This document shows, in pieces, positions 44,995-54,568 of a DNA stretch of 64,000 nt (within the stretch, counting starts at the first letter, position 1; each line of letters opens with the position of its first letter). Position numbers and translations under genes: made by a program. The notes beneath the pieces were generated by a model, which had not been told where the DNA came from, ran no database searches, and saw only the letters and a list, made by a program, of their open reading frames with translations. This stretch comes from Patescibacteria group bacterium (GTDB lineage: Bacteria; Patescibacteriota; Gracilibacteria; UM-FILTER-43-11): contig JAHJBZ010000066.1 of the NCBI GenBank assembly GCA_018813295.1, positions 11,231 through 75,230 on the forward strand, written 5' to 3'.

Positions 44995-46233
44995 TTACTG
45001 CGCTTGCTCTTGAAGTTCCTTTAGAATTTCAATCATTTCTTCGTACTCAGCACAACGAAATTGACACCCATTTTCTTCATTAAAATACCATCTTCCAATA
45101 CAATCAGGAAAACCCGGACGCGGACCTATTGAAAGCGGTGTTAGTAGATTATATACACAACATTCGTCTTTTTCCTCACTTGTCTCGAAATCCTCACAAT
45201 ACTCACTTATAGAATCACCTTCACCTTCCCCCTCTCCTCCAAAATACTCCTCTAATTCCTCTTCTGTATAGCAATGAAATACACATAATCTTATTACATT
45301 ATCAAACTGCCATTCGCCAATGCACCCTGTTTCAACACCAACATTCTGCTGTGTGCAACAAGTATTACGCACTTCTTGAGATCCAATGCTGCAATCAGCT
45401 TCTTCATCTTCACCTTCATCTTCCTCTTCCGGTTCTTGTTCCTCTTCTTCCTTTTCGTTCTCACATCGATACTCACATAACCTACTTGAGTTATTAAACA
45501 CCCAATGACCATAACCACTGCAATAAGGAACCTGTACGCCTTCATTTGCTCTTTCACAGCAATAATTTCGAATAGCTTGAGATCCGACACTGCAATCCCC
45601 GCCTGTTTCTTCTTCCTCTTCACCTTCTTCACCTTCCCCCTCCCCCTCTCCTTCACCTTCACCCTCATCTACTTCCTCTGGTTCAAAACCATCCCAATTT
45701 TCCGTATCCCAGACAACCACATCATCCCCACCGCTAATTGATGCCTCTCCACCTCCAAAGCTTATTTCATCTACAGAATTAGTATCAATCAAAAAGGAAT
45801 CATCATTTCCAATTTCATCGCCATTAACTACTATACTCGACCCATTTGATAACTGAATATCGAGCAGAACCCCCTCAGGAACAGTAATTGTACCGCTTAA
45901 ACCCAGCCATTCATCAGATAAACTAAATCTAGCCCCGCCATTATCTGTGCTAAAAAAACGAATTTTACTGATTCCATCCTCATCTCCTTCTATATCAACC
46001 GTAATTTTATCGGTTTTAGCGGTAACAATTTTTAAATTAGATCTATCAACGTTTTCCAAAACAAAAACACCTTCCTGTACTTCAAATGATTGATGAAAGC
46101 CAGCCTGAGTAGTAAAAAGTTTTACATAAGCAGCGCCTAATAAGAGAACAATAATGGCAAGGGCTGCCAGATAATATTTAGTCATAGGATTTTTGTTATT
46201 TTCCAAAAGCATTCTAACATCCCAAACCCGCAT
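44995..46233 (-). CDS. Membrane-anchored surface protein with three copies of a novel 6-Cys module
   Basis: 412 aa with an N-terminal TM anchor and a beta-rich domain. E/G-rich linkers (EGEGEGEGEGE) separate three C-x(9-13)-CC-x(10-17)-C-x(3,4)-W-x-F-x(5-7)-C-x3-C modules. Confidence 0.7.
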   Translation of the reverse strand: MRVWDVRMLLENNKNPMTKYYLAALAIIVLLLGAAYVKLFTTQAGFHQSFEVQEGVFVLENVDRSNLKIVTAKTDKITVDIEGDEDGISKIRFFSTDNGGARFSLSDEWLGLSGTITVPEGVLLDIQLSNGSSIVVNGDEIGNDDSFLIDTNSVDEISFGGGEASISGGDDVVVWDTENWDGFEPEEVDEGEGEGEGEGEGEEGEEEEETGGDCSVGSQAIRNYCCERANEGVQVPYCSGYGHWVFNNSSRLCEYRCENEKEEEEQEPEEEDEGEDEEADCSIGSQEVRNTCCTQQNVGVETGCIGEWQFDNVIRLCVFHCYTEEELEEYFGGEGEGEGDSISEYCEDFETSEEKDECCVYNLLTPLSIGPRPGFPDCIGRWYFNEENGCQFRCAEYEEMIEILKELQEQAQ

Positions 46234-46306
46234 TTTTAGCTAAATAAGCATTGATTTTTTATCTAAAATATGATAGAATAATTAGATAATTTAACAAAAT
46301 AAAAAC

Positions 46307-47380
46307 ATGAATCCAAATATCACCAAAATTTTTGACCTGGCCGTTAACCGTAATGCTTCTGATATTCACTTTCAGACAGGTAAAAAACCTGTAATCAGAA
46401 TTAACGGAAAACTGTATTTAGTGGACGACGCGGAAATATTCCAGTTAATGGAAAATACTCCGGAATTCCAGGAGCTTATAAACAAAGAACAACAAAAGTA
46501 TTTTGTCGAAAACGGAAACGTTGATTTTGCTTTCACATATGACAACGACTATCGCTTTAGAGGTAATGTGTATAGACAGCAAAACGGACTTTCTCTGAGC
46601 CTTCGCATTATACGAAATAGAATTCTTAGCTTTGAACAACTTAACTTGCCCCCAATATTTAAAGACATTGCGGAGAATTATCGCCAAGGCTTCTTTTTGG
46701 TTGTCGGGCCAACAGGACAGGGGAAAACAACAAGCATGGCAGCCATCTTGAGTCATATCAATAAGCATAGAGAAGAGCATATTGTTACTATTGAAGACCC
46801 GATTGAATATATAATTCAAAATGAAAAAAGCATAATTGAACAACGAGAAGTTGGACTGCATACTTCGTCTTTTCAAAGTGCCCTAAGGTCTTCTATGAGA
46901 CAGGATCCGGATATTATTATCATTGGGGAAATGAGGGATCAGGAAACTATGCAAGCTGCATTAACACTTGCAGAAACGGGTCATTTAGTTTTCTCAACAA
47001 TGCATACTAACAATGCTCCTCAAACAATCGATAGAATAATTGACGCATTTCCGGAACATAAACAAAAACAAATCCGCATTCAATTGGCCAGCACTCTAAC
47101 CGGTGTGATCTCTCAGCGCTTAATTCCGGGAGTAAAAGATGAATTAGTATATGCATATGAACAATTACTGACTACGGATGCAGTACGCAACATTATTCGA
47201 ACTGAAAAAATTGAACAAATCTACAATGCTCTACAAACCGATGAGGAGAGCGGTTTTATAAGACTTGAAAAATGTCTCGCAGAACTTGTAAAAGAAGAAA
47301 AAATATCTAAAGAAAATGCTTTAGCATTTTCTACAAGCCGAGAACTTGTTGATATGTTTTTAGAACTTCAACCAGCCTAA
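46307..47380 (+). CDS. pilT: Type IV pilus retraction ATPase PilT
   Basis: 357 aa. Walker A GPTGQGKTT, plus EDPIEY, RQDPDIIIIGEMRD and TGHLVFSTMHT. Confidence 0.9.
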   Translation: MNPNITKIFDLAVNRNASDIHFQTGKKPVIRINGKLYLVDDAEIFQLMENTPEFQELINKEQQKYFVENGNVDFAFTYDNDYRFRGNVYRQQNGLSLSLRIIRNRILSFEQLNLPPIFKDIAENYRQGFFLVVGPTGQGKTTSMAAILSHINKHREEHIVTIEDPIEYIIQNEKSIIEQREVGLHTSSFQSALRSSMRQDPDIIIIGEMRDQETMQAALTLAETGHLVFSTMHTNNAPQTIDRIIDAFPEHKQKQIRIQLASTLTGVISQRLIPGVKDELVYAYEQLLTTDAVRNIIRTEKIEQIYNALQTDEESGFIRLEKCLAELVKEEKISKENALAFSTSRELVDMFLELQPA

Positions 47381-47381
47381 T

Positions 47382-47476
47382 ACGAATAGTAGCTCGAATA
47401 GTAGCTCAAGTTGTGGCTCGAATGGTGGACCACAATACGAGCAACTATCCGAGCCACAATACGAGCCACCATCCGA
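47382..47476. repeat. Dispersed 12-mer mirror-repeat spacer (cgaatagtagct / cacaatacgagc family)
   Basis: cgaatagtagct cgaatagtagct caagttgtggct cgaatggtggac | cacaatacgagc aactatccgagc cacaatacgagc caccatccgata. The halves are about 70% reverse-complementary. Confidence 0.9.
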
Positions 47477-47490
47477 TAAATTTATAAATT

Positions 47491-48282
47491 ATGGAAAAAG
47501 TACAAACCACATCAAAACAAAAAAACATTCTCTATATCGATGGCGAAAAAGGGATAATACGTAATCTTCAGGACTACCTGGAACAATACGAAATTAAAGG
47601 AAAATACGGATTAAATTTTTCGTTTGCACAAAATGCCCACGAAGCACTAAAAAAGATTACTGAAAAGAAAATTGACTTAATAATTCTTGAGATTGTTTTG
47701 CCTATTATTAATGGATATTACTTAATTAAAACCATTAAAAAAGAAAATATTCCAATAATAGTTTATACAAAACTTAGAGGACCAGAGGACCTGGCAAGGC
47801 TAGCCTCATCAGAAGTTGAAAATATTTTCCTAAAAGACCTGACAAAAATTGAAGACTTAGTCCAGGCATTAATTGGGAAAGATTCTTATAAAACAGACTT
47901 AAATAAAGTCGTTATTGAATTGCAAACTTATATCAAAGGAGTGTTGGGTGAAGAATCTGAATATTCGCTTAAAGTATTACAATGCCCACGGTGTAATAGT
48001 ATCTTGGCCCCTAATTCTCATTTTTGTAACAACTGTGGCCAAAAAGTATTTAAAGAAAAGAAACAAATTGCCCTCAGGGCAAAAAAAGATAAGGAAAAAG
48101 AGGATGCTAAGAAAAAAACTGCTTCGCCTGCCCCAAAACAAGAGGCTGTCGTAGCCGCTGCTGGCGCGTCCAAGGAGGAAGTAGATTTGCCCAAGAAGGA
48201 AGAACCCACTGAAGTAGAGACTAGCCATGGCGCGTCTCAGGAGGAAAAAGTAAAAGAAATAAAAACCATTAAACAAACATAA
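47491..48282 (+). CDS. Receiver-like domain (Asp-to-Glu at the phospho-acceptor position) + zinc ribbon + K/E-rich tail
   Basis: CheY-like fold, ILYIDGEK...DLIILEIVLPIINGY...IIVYTKL...IFLKDL, with Glu where the phospho-Asp is expected. CPRCNS..(9)..CNNCG follows. Confidence 0.7.
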   Translation: MEKVQTTSKQKNILYIDGEKGIIRNLQDYLEQYEIKGKYGLNFSFAQNAHEALKKITEKKIDLIILEIVLPIINGYYLIKTIKKENIPIIVYTKLRGPEDLARLASSEVENIFLKDLTKIEDLVQALIGKDSYKTDLNKVVIELQTYIKGVLGEESEYSLKVLQCPRCNSILAPNSHFCNNCGQKVFKEKKQIALRAKKDKEKEDAKKKTASPAPKQEAVVAAAGASKEEVDLPKKEEPTEVETSHGASQEEKVKEIKTIKQT

Positions 48283-48343
48283 AAACTCCCAACTCCCTAC
48301 GGTATGCATCATATAGTGCATACGCACTCCTAACTAAAATAAA

Positions 48344-50092
48344 ATGAACATAGATCCAAAAAAACTAATTAAGAGTCTTAAAGCAATAAAAATTCCCACA
48401 AAAGAATTAGAGGAAGAAGCTAGAGTAACTAATAGATCGCTTTACAATGTGATCGTAAAAAAACACATTCTTCCGGATGAAGAACTTGGAAAATTAATTG
48501 CAGAAATCATTGAATACCCTTATGTAAGCCTTTCAAAAATAGATATCCCAAATGAAATTTTAGAAATAGTTCCGGAAAATATTGCCTTAAAACAAGGCAT
48601 TATTACTTTTGCCATAGATGAAGAAACCAACATTATCAAAATTGCCACGGTTAATCCGTTTGACCTGGAAATGATAAATGACATTCAGAAGAAAACCGGA
48701 CATGAGGCAGAAGTGTATTACACAACTAAATCGAGTATTCAAAATATTATCGGCAAATACCACCAAGAGTTAAAAAATATTTTCTTAGGTATGCTTCCTG
48801 AGCACATGCGTTATACAAAAGAGGCAGGAGCAGGAAAAGAAATGCCAACCGAAGCCATTGAAGAAGAAGTTCCTATAGTTAAAATTTTTGACGCAATCCT
48901 ATTGCATGCATACAGACAACACGCATCTGATATACATATTGAATCCACAAAAAATAATACTGTTGTTCGCTACCGTATTGATGGGGTTTTGCATGTAATA
49001 GTAAATTTTCCAAAGGAAATACACGAATCCCTGGTTACTCGTTGTAAAATTCTGGCAGGATTAAGAATTGATGAAACTCGTGCTGCTCAAGATGGACGTA
49101 TAGCTACAAAACTAGATAATGACAATGTGGCCTTCCGTGTTTCAATTTTACCAACACACTTTGGTGAAAAAATTGTTATGCGCTTACTTGTAGAAATTGA
49201 AGAATCTATTAATTTAATAGAATCAGGGCTAAGCGAAGAAAATTACAAGGCAGTAATCACAAATTCAACAAAACCATACGGGATGATGATTGTAGTTGGG
49301 CCAACTGGATCTGGGAAAACTACAACTTTATACAACATAATCAAACTGCTTAATTCCGAGGAAATAAATATTTCCACTATCGAAGATCCTATCGAATACG
49401 GTATTGAGGGAATCAATCAGGTTCAGGTAAACCATGCGACAAACTTAACATTTGCAAACGGACTGCGAGCACTTCTGCGTCAAGATCCGGATAGTATTTT
49501 AGTAGGAGAAATCCGTGACCAGGAGACAGCTCAAATTGCCATTGAGTCCTCTATGACAGGTCATATGGTTTTTTCAACACTTCATGCCAATAGCACCGCT
49601 GTTGGCATACCGCGTTTAATAGAAATGGGTATTGAGCCTTTCCTCCTTACAGCGGCAATTAATTGTCTTGTCGCCCAAAGACTTGTACGTAAAATTTGCC
49701 CTCAGTGTATGCAGGCTCATATATATTCCAGTGAAACTTTGGGGCTTATTTATAAAGAAAAAAATATGGTCGATCTTGTTAAAAAAATTAGTCTTAAGTA
49801 TTACTCCGAAGATGAGACCAATCAACTCGAATTCAAAGATGAATTTATGTTCTACAAAGGAATGGGTTGTAAATCATGCGGGTTCACAGGTTACAAAGGA
49901 CGTATTGGTCTTTATGAAGTACTGGAACTAAATGACTATATAAAAAAGGTAATTTTAGAAGGCGGCAGTTCTGATGCAGTAGAAGAAGCAGCTATAAAAG
50001 GTGGTATGACTACCATGCTCGAAAACGGAATTGAAAAAGCTCTTTCTGGGATTACTTCACTCGAGGAAATCATTCGTGTTATTAAAGCTTAA
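48344..50092 (+). CDS. pilB: Type IV pilus assembly ATPase PilB (GspE family)
   Basis: 582 aa. N-terminal GSPII_E_N-like domain, Walker A GPTGSGKTT, then EDPIEY, RQDPDSILVGEIRD, and the Zn motif CPQC...CKSCG. Confidence 0.95.
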   Translation: MNIDPKKLIKSLKAIKIPTKELEEEARVTNRSLYNVIVKKHILPDEELGKLIAEIIEYPYVSLSKIDIPNEILEIVPENIALKQGIITFAIDEETNIIKIATVNPFDLEMINDIQKKTGHEAEVYYTTKSSIQNIIGKYHQELKNIFLGMLPEHMRYTKEAGAGKEMPTEAIEEEVPIVKIFDAILLHAYRQHASDIHIESTKNNTVVRYRIDGVLHVIVNFPKEIHESLVTRCKILAGLRIDETRAAQDGRIATKLDNDNVAFRVSILPTHFGEKIVMRLLVEIEESINLIESGLSEENYKAVITNSTKPYGMMIVVGPTGSGKTTTLYNIIKLLNSEEINISTIEDPIEYGIEGINQVQVNHATNLTFANGLRALLRQDPDSILVGEIRDQETAQIAIESSMTGHMVFSTLHANSTAVGIPRLIEMGIEPFLLTAAINCLVAQRLVRKICPQCMQAHIYSSETLGLIYKEKNMVDLVKKISLKYYSEDETNQLEFKDEFMFYKGMGCKSCGFTGYKGRIGLYEVLELNDYIKKVILEGGSSDAVEEAAIKGGMTTMLENGIEKALSGITSLEEIIRVIKA

Positions 50093-50094
50093 AT

Positions 50095-51441
50095 ATGCCT
50101 ACAGAAACCACTACACAATCAGAGGAGATGCAAAAAATATCACTCTCAGAAACAAAATCTGTCGTAGACAGTGAGCCTGTCACAAACAGTGAGTCTGCCG
50201 AACCTGTCGAATCTAAAGAGGTAGGACAAACACCAAAACCACAACCAGAGGCAAGTCCACGCGACGAAGGAGCAGGTCCACAACCCAAACAACAATACGA
50301 ACCCCAACTGGAGGATGCCCCCCCCGAAGAAGTAAAGGAAGTAGTAAAGAAAAAAATCACAAAACGTAAAAAAGGACTAATAGAGCGACTTAGGGAAATC
50401 GGAACTATTTCGCAAAAAGAAGTAGTTGAATTTACAAGGCACTTATCTGTTATGCTAAGTGCAGGAGTTACAATTTTCGAAGCCATCAGCTTTTTAAGAG
50501 ACCAATCAAAAAATAAGGTTTTTTCCGGACGGCTTAGTGATGTTTTATATAGCCTTAACAACGGACAATCTCTTTCTGCATCCATGAGAAAATTCCCAAA
50601 AGTTTTCCCAGAAATTTACACCAACATTATTCATGTAGGTGAACAATCAGGAACCCTGCCGGAAACAATGATTAATATGGCCGATCACCTTGAGGAAAAT
50701 GATAAATTTAAAAGTAAAGTTAAAGGCGCTTTGGTCTATCCAAAAATCATTCTCGGAGTTATGGGTGCTTTTCTTCTTGTATTGTTCCTCTTTGTAATGC
50801 CAAGGATTTTAACTGTATTTCAAAGCCTTAATGCGGAACTGCCAACTACCACAAAAATAACAATTGGACTAACTAATTTTATTCAAAATAATATCTTAAT
50901 GATTTTTCTGGTAATTGTTGGAAGTATAGTAGGAATGAGTATAATATTCAGAAATCCTGCAGCAAAAAAAGTAAGAGATCATTTTTACCTTAAGGTGCCA
51001 TTTATAGGAAAAATCGTACTAAATTACAATACCACCCAGGTAGCTCAACATTTTGGAACTCTTTTTGCAAGTGGGCTTACCATTATTAAATGTTTAGAAA
51101 TTACCAGAAGCGTTGTAAAGAATAAAATGTTTCAGGATGAACTTGATTATATGGTAGATAAAATAAAAAATGGAGCATCATTTTCTCAAAGTTTTAAAGA
51201 AAAATCTATTTTCCCACCAATGTTTAATAAATTAATACGAGTTGGTGAACGTACCGGAAAACTTCCTCATGTAGTGGAATATATGAAAAATTACTACAAA
51301 GGACTGGTGGACTCTGATGTTAAAAATATAACTACAATTATAGAACCAGTAATTATGGTGCTTTTGGGGCTGATGGTTGCTGGTTTGGTTGTTACAGTAA
51401 TCGGACCAATCTATCAATTAATATCTAATGTAGGTCAATAA
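50095..51441 (+). CDS. pilC: Type IV pilus platform protein PilC (GspF family) with ~100-aa low-complexity N-terminal extension
   Basis: 448 aa. Two GspF repeats (..LSVMLSAGVTIFEAI.. and ..LFASGLTIIKCLEI..), three TM helices, and an acidic/Pro-rich N-terminus. Confidence 0.9.
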   Translation: MPTETTTQSEEMQKISLSETKSVVDSEPVTNSESAEPVESKEVGQTPKPQPEASPRDEGAGPQPKQQYEPQLEDAPPEEVKEVVKKKITKRKKGLIERLREIGTISQKEVVEFTRHLSVMLSAGVTIFEAISFLRDQSKNKVFSGRLSDVLYSLNNGQSLSASMRKFPKVFPEIYTNIIHVGEQSGTLPETMINMADHLEENDKFKSKVKGALVYPKIILGVMGAFLLVLFLFVMPRILTVFQSLNAELPTTTKITIGLTNFIQNNILMIFLVIVGSIVGMSIIFRNPAAKKVRDHFYLKVPFIGKIVLNYNTTQVAQHFGTLFASGLTIIKCLEITRSVVKNKMFQDELDYMVDKIKNGASFSQSFKEKSIFPPMFNKLIRVGERTGKLPHVVEYMKNYYKGLVDSDVKNITTIIEPVIMVLLGLMVAGLVVTVIGPIYQLISNVGQ

Positions 51442-51935
51442 TGCTACTTAATTTTGCAAATAACAGGGCCAAGCTTGAGCGCAAACAAAAAAAAGCATTT
51501 TCATTTATTGAAGTAATTATCACAACATCTTTATTCCTTTTGCTTGCTGGCATAGGGATAGGATCATACTTCCAATATTATTCATTCTCATTAATTAAAA
51601 GCGATGTAGATCACACATTAACCCTTGTCAAACAAACCCGTTTCAAAGCATTAAAAAACCCGACAAATGATAATTATGGAATTCATATAGATCCGGTTAC
51701 AAGAATGATAACTGGATTCCGTGATTCATATAACCCATTGGATAGCGAAAATATTACTATTGAACTGGAACAGCTTGGAATAACAGATCTGAGTTTAAAC
51801 CCAAGCGTTGGAGTAACTAACGAAATATTATTCGAAACCCAAACCGGTAAAACGCAAAATTCAGGAAGTTTCACAATCGGCAACGATAATTACAGCTACA
51901 CAATTAATATTAATCCTCAAGGAGTTGTTAATTAA
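51441..51935 (+). CDS. Minor (pseudo)pilin, GspH/FimT-like
   Basis: Prepilin leader KKA|FSFIEVIITTSLFLLLAGIGI with Glu at +5. TAATG overlap with pilC. Confidence 0.75.
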   Translation: MLLNFANNRAKLERKQKKAFSFIEVIITTSLFLLLAGIGIGSYFQYYSFSLIKSDVDHTLTLVKQTRFKALKNPTNDNYGIHIDPVTRMITGFRDSYNPLDSENITIELEQLGITDLSLNPSVGVTNEILFETQTGKTQNSGSFTIGNDNYSYTININPQGVVN

Positions 51936-52446
51936 AAATAAAAACAACAAAGGAAGTAGAATAGGTTCCAGTATAGTGGAATTAATCATTGTAATAGTTC
52001 TTTTTGCAATTTTAGTTCCGACTTCCGTAGGAATATTCATAAGTGCAAGTAAGATATCCGGTCAGGGATATATACAGCATTCCGCAGCTGTAACACTGGG
52101 GGAAACAAATGACATTTTGCGTTTTATGAGAAACCAGGGATTTGACTTACTTGTTAGCGGTTCATTTTATTTAATAAGAAATCCCGGATCAGATTCATGG
52201 CTTATAAAAAACGATCTACCAGATATGGATGTTTTTGAAAGATACATTACCGTTTCAAATGCATTACGTCATCAAGGTACAGACGATATATATTTCGATG
52301 GTGACAGCGGTGCTTCCTACGAAGACTCAGACACTAAAAGAATTGATATAGAAATTTTGTGGGCTCCGGACTATTTACCTTTAGATCTTATAAGTCAAAC
52401 AATTTATATTACCAATTGGCAAAAAACCATTACATATAGCTCTTAA
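51925..52446 (+). CDS. Minor pilin
   Basis: TTG start. Prepilin-like RIG|SSIVELIIVIVLFAILV with Glu at +5. Confidence 0.65.
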   Translation: MLIKNKNNKGSRIGSSIVELIIVIVLFAILVPTSVGIFISASKISGQGYIQHSAAVTLGETNDILRFMRNQGFDLLVSGSFYLIRNPGSDSWLIKNDLPDMDVFERYITVSNALRHQGTDDIYFDGDSGASYEDSDTKRIDIEILWAPDYLPLDLISQTIYITNWQKTITYSS

Positions 52447-52452
52447 AAAAAT

Positions 52453-54522
52453 ATGAAAAATAAAAAAATAAAAAATTTAAAAAATCGATACGGTACAGTA
52501 TTTATTGAACTACTGCTTTATATGGCTATTTTTCTTGTTTTGGTGCCCATCCTGCTCACTGTATCTATTAATTCAATTAAACTTGAAGAGCGTCATAGTG
52601 CTGAAAAACAAGTTAGTATAGATAGTAGATTTTTAGTGGAACGGATATATGACATCATTGTTGATGCCAAACGCATTGATGTTGAGAATTCAGTTTTTAG
52701 CGATGCTGATGGAAAATTAGTTTTAATTATGCAGGATGACACCACTATTATTATTGAAGCAAATCCAACTAACAATACAATCGAAATAACTGAAGGGGGG
52801 CAAACGACTGAATTGTCTTCCAGTGAAGCTGTAATAGAGCACCTTTTCTTTGAAAAAATTCCCGATGCACTAAATGACCCCGAATTAGTTTTGGGAGTTA
52901 ACATGAGACTGGAAATCAGTGCTATTGAAGAATATGACCCTCTCCAGAATTATGTGGTTTCCGCTAATTTGGAACGCGGTGATTATGACGATGACGATTG
53001 CCCAGACTTTATAGATCATTTTCCAAAGCATGATCAGTGCTGCAGAGATGTGGATGATGACGGCACTTGTGATGAAATGGATAACTGCGTTTTAGCTTAC
53101 AATCCATTTCAGGAAGATTTAGATGAAGATGACATTGGAGATGCTTGTGATTTATCAGCATTTGAATTTCCTTCTTATAATTGCAGTGATGATCAGGGAT
53201 TAATCGATTTAATTAATCAGGTACCACCTTTACCCCCAGGTCATTTAAAAAATATTTTAATGAGTTCAAATCCATTATCTCCAACTGTTCTTCAGGCATT
53301 AATCGATAAAGATCCTGCTGCTCCAGATGGCCATATTAAACAAATCTTCGTTGCAAACACAAAGCTGTATACAGATACCTATACAAACGTAATGGCAATG
53401 GATATATCGCAGGGAAATAAAAACAGTATTGAGGATGCCCAGGATGAAGCCACTGAATACGCCTGGACAGAAGAAGGAGCCCCACCTACCGAAATCGAAT
53501 ATGACATTACGCTTTCCGGCGCAGGTGAAGAATATGGAGAAGAACAAATTGCAGATAACTACAAAATTAAATTCGATAATGCCGATGAAGACTTAGGAGT
53601 AGAAGAAACTTTTCAACAAACTGACATATTTATTATTACTGCAAATGATGGATCGGCAGAAGTAACCGTTACTATTCAAGATGACGACAGCAACACAGAA
53701 ACATTTATTCTAAATGGTATAGGAGACAGTTTCACAACCTCATTTGGATTCGGAGCAACTTTAGATGACTACGAAGGAAATAATTATATGTTTAAAGTAA
53801 GCAACATATCCAACGATGAAGAAATGGACTATGTTGAATTTAATTTTGGCATTCAGGCAGAAATAACATCACCTACGGACTCAATATATACAGCTAGACG
53901 ATATACATATTATTGCCCAGGCGGTTGTGAAGGAAATTGTGGTGATAGTGGAACCGGAATTATTATTGGTGATGTAATAACTGATCAATGTTACAAAGCT
54001 ATTGGCGGATATCCGGAATGGTGTTCTGTTTGGTTTACATTCTTTAATAACGATGCAAGTGCACCAGCATACGAGGGAGGAAATCAGGAAGGCGAGGAAG
54101 AGCTTTACTGGGAAAAAACTTTTCAAACTGTTCTTTCCGAAGTGCAAATAGAACATCTGGAAAGCATAACAGTTACCGGTGAAATAGCCTATCAAAGTAT
54201 TGCCCAATTTTTCTGTGATCAATTTGCAGCTGAATGTTTAATGAACGGTGATTTGTCAGGAGCACAAGACGTAGAATTGTACGACTGGGTATCGGAAACA
54301 TGGGAAATAATTGGGGTAGTAGGCTTAAGTAACTCAACCAGTAACCAGCAAACCTTTTCAGTAATTTACGATGGCAGTAATCCTCAGAAATTTATTGGCG
54401 GTGAAGAAAATAGACAAATAAAAGCCCGCATGGAATTTAACTGGAACGGAATCCCGCCTGAAGGCGAAAGCGCACCTTGTTTTATGTTAATAGATTACTT
54501 TACTTTACATCTTAAATGGTAA
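52453..54522 (+). CDS. Large minor pilin / putative tip adhesin with thrombospondin type 3-like Ca-binding repeats
   Basis: 689 aa. Prepilin-like RYG|TVFIELLLYMAIFLVLVP. TSP3-like DDDDCPDFIDHFP..DVDDDGTCDEMDNC..NPFQEDLDEDDIGDACD. The C-terminal domain is Cys-containing. Confidence 0.75.
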   Translation: MKNKKIKNLKNRYGTVFIELLLYMAIFLVLVPILLTVSINSIKLEERHSAEKQVSIDSRFLVERIYDIIVDAKRIDVENSVFSDADGKLVLIMQDDTTIIIEANPTNNTIEITEGGQTTELSSSEAVIEHLFFEKIPDALNDPELVLGVNMRLEISAIEEYDPLQNYVVSANLERGDYDDDDCPDFIDHFPKHDQCCRDVDDDGTCDEMDNCVLAYNPFQEDLDEDDIGDACDLSAFEFPSYNCSDDQGLIDLINQVPPLPPGHLKNILMSSNPLSPTVLQALIDKDPAAPDGHIKQIFVANTKLYTDTYTNVMAMDISQGNKNSIEDAQDEATEYAWTEEGAPPTEIEYDITLSGAGEEYGEEQIADNYKIKFDNADEDLGVEETFQQTDIFIITANDGSAEVTVTIQDDDSNTETFILNGIGDSFTTSFGFGATLDDYEGNNYMFKVSNISNDEEMDYVEFNFGIQAEITSPTDSIYTARRYTYYCPGGCEGNCGDSGTGIIIGDVITDQCYKAIGGYPEWCSVWFTFFNNDASAPAYEGGNQEGEEELYWEKTFQTVLSEVQIEHLESITVTGEIAYQSIAQFFCDQFAAECLMNGDLSGAQDVELYDWVSETWEIIGVVGLSNSTSNQQTFSVIYDGSNPQKFIGGEENRQIKARMEFNWNGIPPEGESAPCFMLIDYFTLHLKW

Positions 54523-54568
54523 ATCCGAATAGTGGTCCGCCGCGGCGGAAGCCACAATCCGAGCCACA

